Below the pieces are notes generated by a model, which saw only the letters and a list, made by a program, of their open reading frames with translations, was not told the DNA's origin and ran no database searches. A program made the position numbers and the translations under genes. A stretch of DNA of 61,050 bases from Gammaproteobacteria bacterium. GTDB taxonomy: Bacteria; Pseudomonadota; Gammaproteobacteria; UBA9214. Shown here piece by piece: positions 59,051 through 61,050 of this stretch (position 1 is the stretch's first letter; each line of letters starts with the position of its first letter). The DNA is taken from assembly GCA_022340485.1 (NCBI GenBank), contig JAJDNX010000123.1:1-61050 (forward strand), given 5' to 3'.

Positions 59051-59926
59051 TCAGCGGTTACGGTTTTCGAGGATGTTCTCGATGATCGGGGCAAGGATGA
59101 TTTCCATGGCAAAGCCCATTTTTCCGGCAGGAACAACCAGGGTGTTACGCCGCGACATGAAGGAGTCGTCCAGCATGCTCAGCAGGAAGGGAAAATCGAT
59201 ATCGAGTTTCTTGGGGTCCTTGAAACGAATCACCACGAAGCTCTCGTCCGGTGTCGGTATGTCACGGGCGATGAACGGGTTGGAGGTGTCGACGGTCGGC
59301 ACACGCTGGAAATTGATGTCAGTACGAGAGAACTGTGGCGTGATGTAATGGACATAGTCGGGCATGCGTCGCAGGATCGTATCGGTGACGGCCTCTGTGG
59401 AGTAACCGCGCTGTTCGCAATCCCGGAAGATCTTCTGAATCCACTCGAGGTTAACGATCGGTACAACACCTATCAGCAAGTCAACGTGTTTGGCTACATC
59501 CACCGTGTCGGTTACGATACCGCCGTGCAGACCCTCGTAAAACAGCAGATCGGTACCGGCCTCGATGTCTTCCCAGGGGGTGAATTCACCCGGTTTCTGG
59601 TCATAGGGTTTTGCTTCCTCTTCACTATGCAGGTAATAGCGGCGTTTGCAGGAGCCGGTCTCACCATAGGTCCTGAAGGTCTCTTCGAGTTTGTCGAATA
59701 CATTGGCCTCCGGGCCGAAGTGGCTGAAACTGTGATTGCCGGCCGCCCCGGCCTCTTCCATGGCAACCTTCATGGCAGCGCGGTCGTACTTGTGGTAACT
59801 GTCACCTTCAATCACAACGGGATTTACACCCTCGCGCAGGAAGATATGCTCAAACGCCACCTTGACAGTGGTCGTGCCGGCACCGGACGAACCGGTAACA
59901 GCGATTACTGGATGTTTTTTGGACAT
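59051..59926 (-). CDS. prkB: Phosphoribulokinase (proteobacterial type)
   Basis: MSKKHPVIAVTGSSGAGT, YEGLHG, NLEWIQK, FQRVPTVDTSNPF. Confidence 0.97.
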   Translation of the reverse strand: MSKKHPVIAVTGSSGAGTTTVKVAFEHIFLREGVNPVVIEGDSYHKYDRAAMKVAMEEAGAAGNHSFSHFGPEANVFDKLEETFRTYGETGSCKRRYYLHSEEEAKPYDQKPGEFTPWEDIEAGTDLLFYEGLHGGIVTDTVDVAKHVDLLIGVVPIVNLEWIQKIFRDCEQRGYSTEAVTDTILRRMPDYVHYITPQFSRTDINFQRVPTVDTSNPFIARDIPTPDESFVVIRFKDPKKLDIDFPFLLSMLDDSFMSRRNTLVVPAGKMGFAMEIILAPIIENILENRNR

Positions 59927-60393
59927 GAAAAGCTCCTCGACCCTAAGGGAAAATCAGGTTAGTTTGGATTCATGGCAGGTCAATTGACCTGATTCCGGAC
60001 AGCTGGGTACCGCATTGCCAAGGTTCTATGGGTGAACCGAAGCGGCGTATTGAACCATTATTACACTCCCGGACTCAAGTAGCGGTGTAAAGCGGACGGT
60101 GCGACTGTGAAAAAGGCACAGTAAAACAACTAGATATGAGATCTTTCCTTTGCTCCGTAGCTTCACAATGTCCACGCCAAGTCTCTTTCCCGCCAGCCTG
60201 AAGGGCTCCTCGAGATCCTTGCTGACGTGACCGTTAGCCAGTTGCTGCAGGATGCCCAGCCTGGTCAGCAGGACATTGGCTTGTGGCCGTGGCCCCATCG
60301 GGAAGGTCTGCCAGCAATGGTCATGGCGGTTGCTGCGGAGAGCTGAGGAAACCTTGTTACGCAAGGTGGGCGCGCTATTCTCTGTGCGAGGTG

Positions 60394-61050
60394 CTAAACC
60401 CGTTCGTACAGCAAATCCCATACCCCATGCCCGAGGCGCTGGCCTCGCTGTTCGAATTTCGTCACCGGACGGTAGTCAGGCCGCGGCGCGTAATTCCCAT
60501 CAGCGGCCGTGTTGCGGAAGGCCGCGGACTGTCCCATGACCGCCAGCATGTGAATGGCATAGTCTTCCCAGTCGGTGGCCATGTGCAGGCTGCCGCCCGG
60601 CCTGAGCTTCCTGGACAGCAGTTCGACAAAGCCTGGCTGTACAATACGGCGTTTGTGATGACGCTTCTTGTGCCACGGATCCGGGAAAAACAGCAACACC
60701 CGGTCCAGGGTGTTATTCACGAAACAGGTATTCAGTATCTGCACGGCATCCTCGCGCATGATGCGAACGTTGCCCAGTTGACGCTCATGCAGTTGCTGTA
60801 ATAGTCGGCCCACGCCGGGGCGATGCACCTCAATGCCAATGAAGTTACATCCGGGCTGTTGTTCGGCCATGCTGAGCAGGGCGTCACCGTTGCCAAAGCC
60901 GATCTCGAGAGTGCAGGGTGCATGCCGACCGTAAATGGCGGCCATCTCCAGAGGTGCGTTGGCTTCCAGCCCGTAGCGTGGCCACAGGTCTTGCAGGGCA
61001 CGTTGCTGTGCGGCAGTTATGCGCCCCTCGCGGCGCACATAGGAGCGGAT
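60394..61050 (-). CDS. trmB: tRNA (guanine-N7)-methyltransferase (5' end outside window)
   Basis: IRSYVRREGR, LEIGFGNG, GIEVH, FFPDPWHKKRH, ATDWEDY, TKFEQRG. Confidence 0.96.
   Translation of the reverse strand: MRSYVRREGRITAAQQRALQDLWPRYGLEANAPLEMAAIYGRHAPCTLEIGFGNGDALLSMAEQQPGCNFIGIEVHRPGVGRLLQQLHERQLGNVRIMREDAVQILNTCFVNNTLDRVLLFFPDPWHKKRHHKRRIVQPGFVELLSRKLRPGGSLHMATDWEDYAIHMLAVMGQSAAFRNTAADGNYAPRPDYRPVTKFEQRGQRLGHGVWDLLYERV

Noticed and set aside
60026-60421. 131-aa ORF between trmB and prk
   Set aside because: No recognisable family or good start; could be a decayed fragment but cannot be supported.

Overview
Chromosomal window from what is probably a sulfur-oxidizing, chemolithoautotrophic gammaproteobacterium (inferred from gene content: Isp-type hydrogenase, sulfur globule protein, phosphoribulokinase, denitrification genes). 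In order it holds: hypB(partial)-hypA-hypC, divergent from an Isp-type (group 1e) [NiFe]-hydrogenase operon (protease, hupH-like, hynS-isp1-isp2-ORF-hynL, hupE); nnrS and small accessory genes; an AT-rich non-coding DnaA-box cluster with DARS-like architecture (11642-11853); a DNR-type regulator; norCB, norQ-ORF-polyferredoxin-norD; nirI/nosR-like, nirS, nirCFDLGHJ-ORF-nirN; a secreted Pro/Ala-repeat coiled-coil protein; a split arn (L-Ara4N) operon with two ArnT paralogues; an orphan HerA-like ATPase; mlaC; a sulfur globule protein divergent from a dihaem cytochrome c-DUF302 pair; a DUF6502-DUF5666 pair behind a palindrome; cytochrome P460-family, TPMT, two small cytochromes c, haem A synthase, a DsrE-like gene, prk and partial trmB. 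At least nine FNR/DNR-type boxes lie upstream of hydrogenase, nor, nir and accessory genes. I saw no rRNA, tRNA, CRISPR array or transposase. All family calls come from motif recognition by eye, not database searches.
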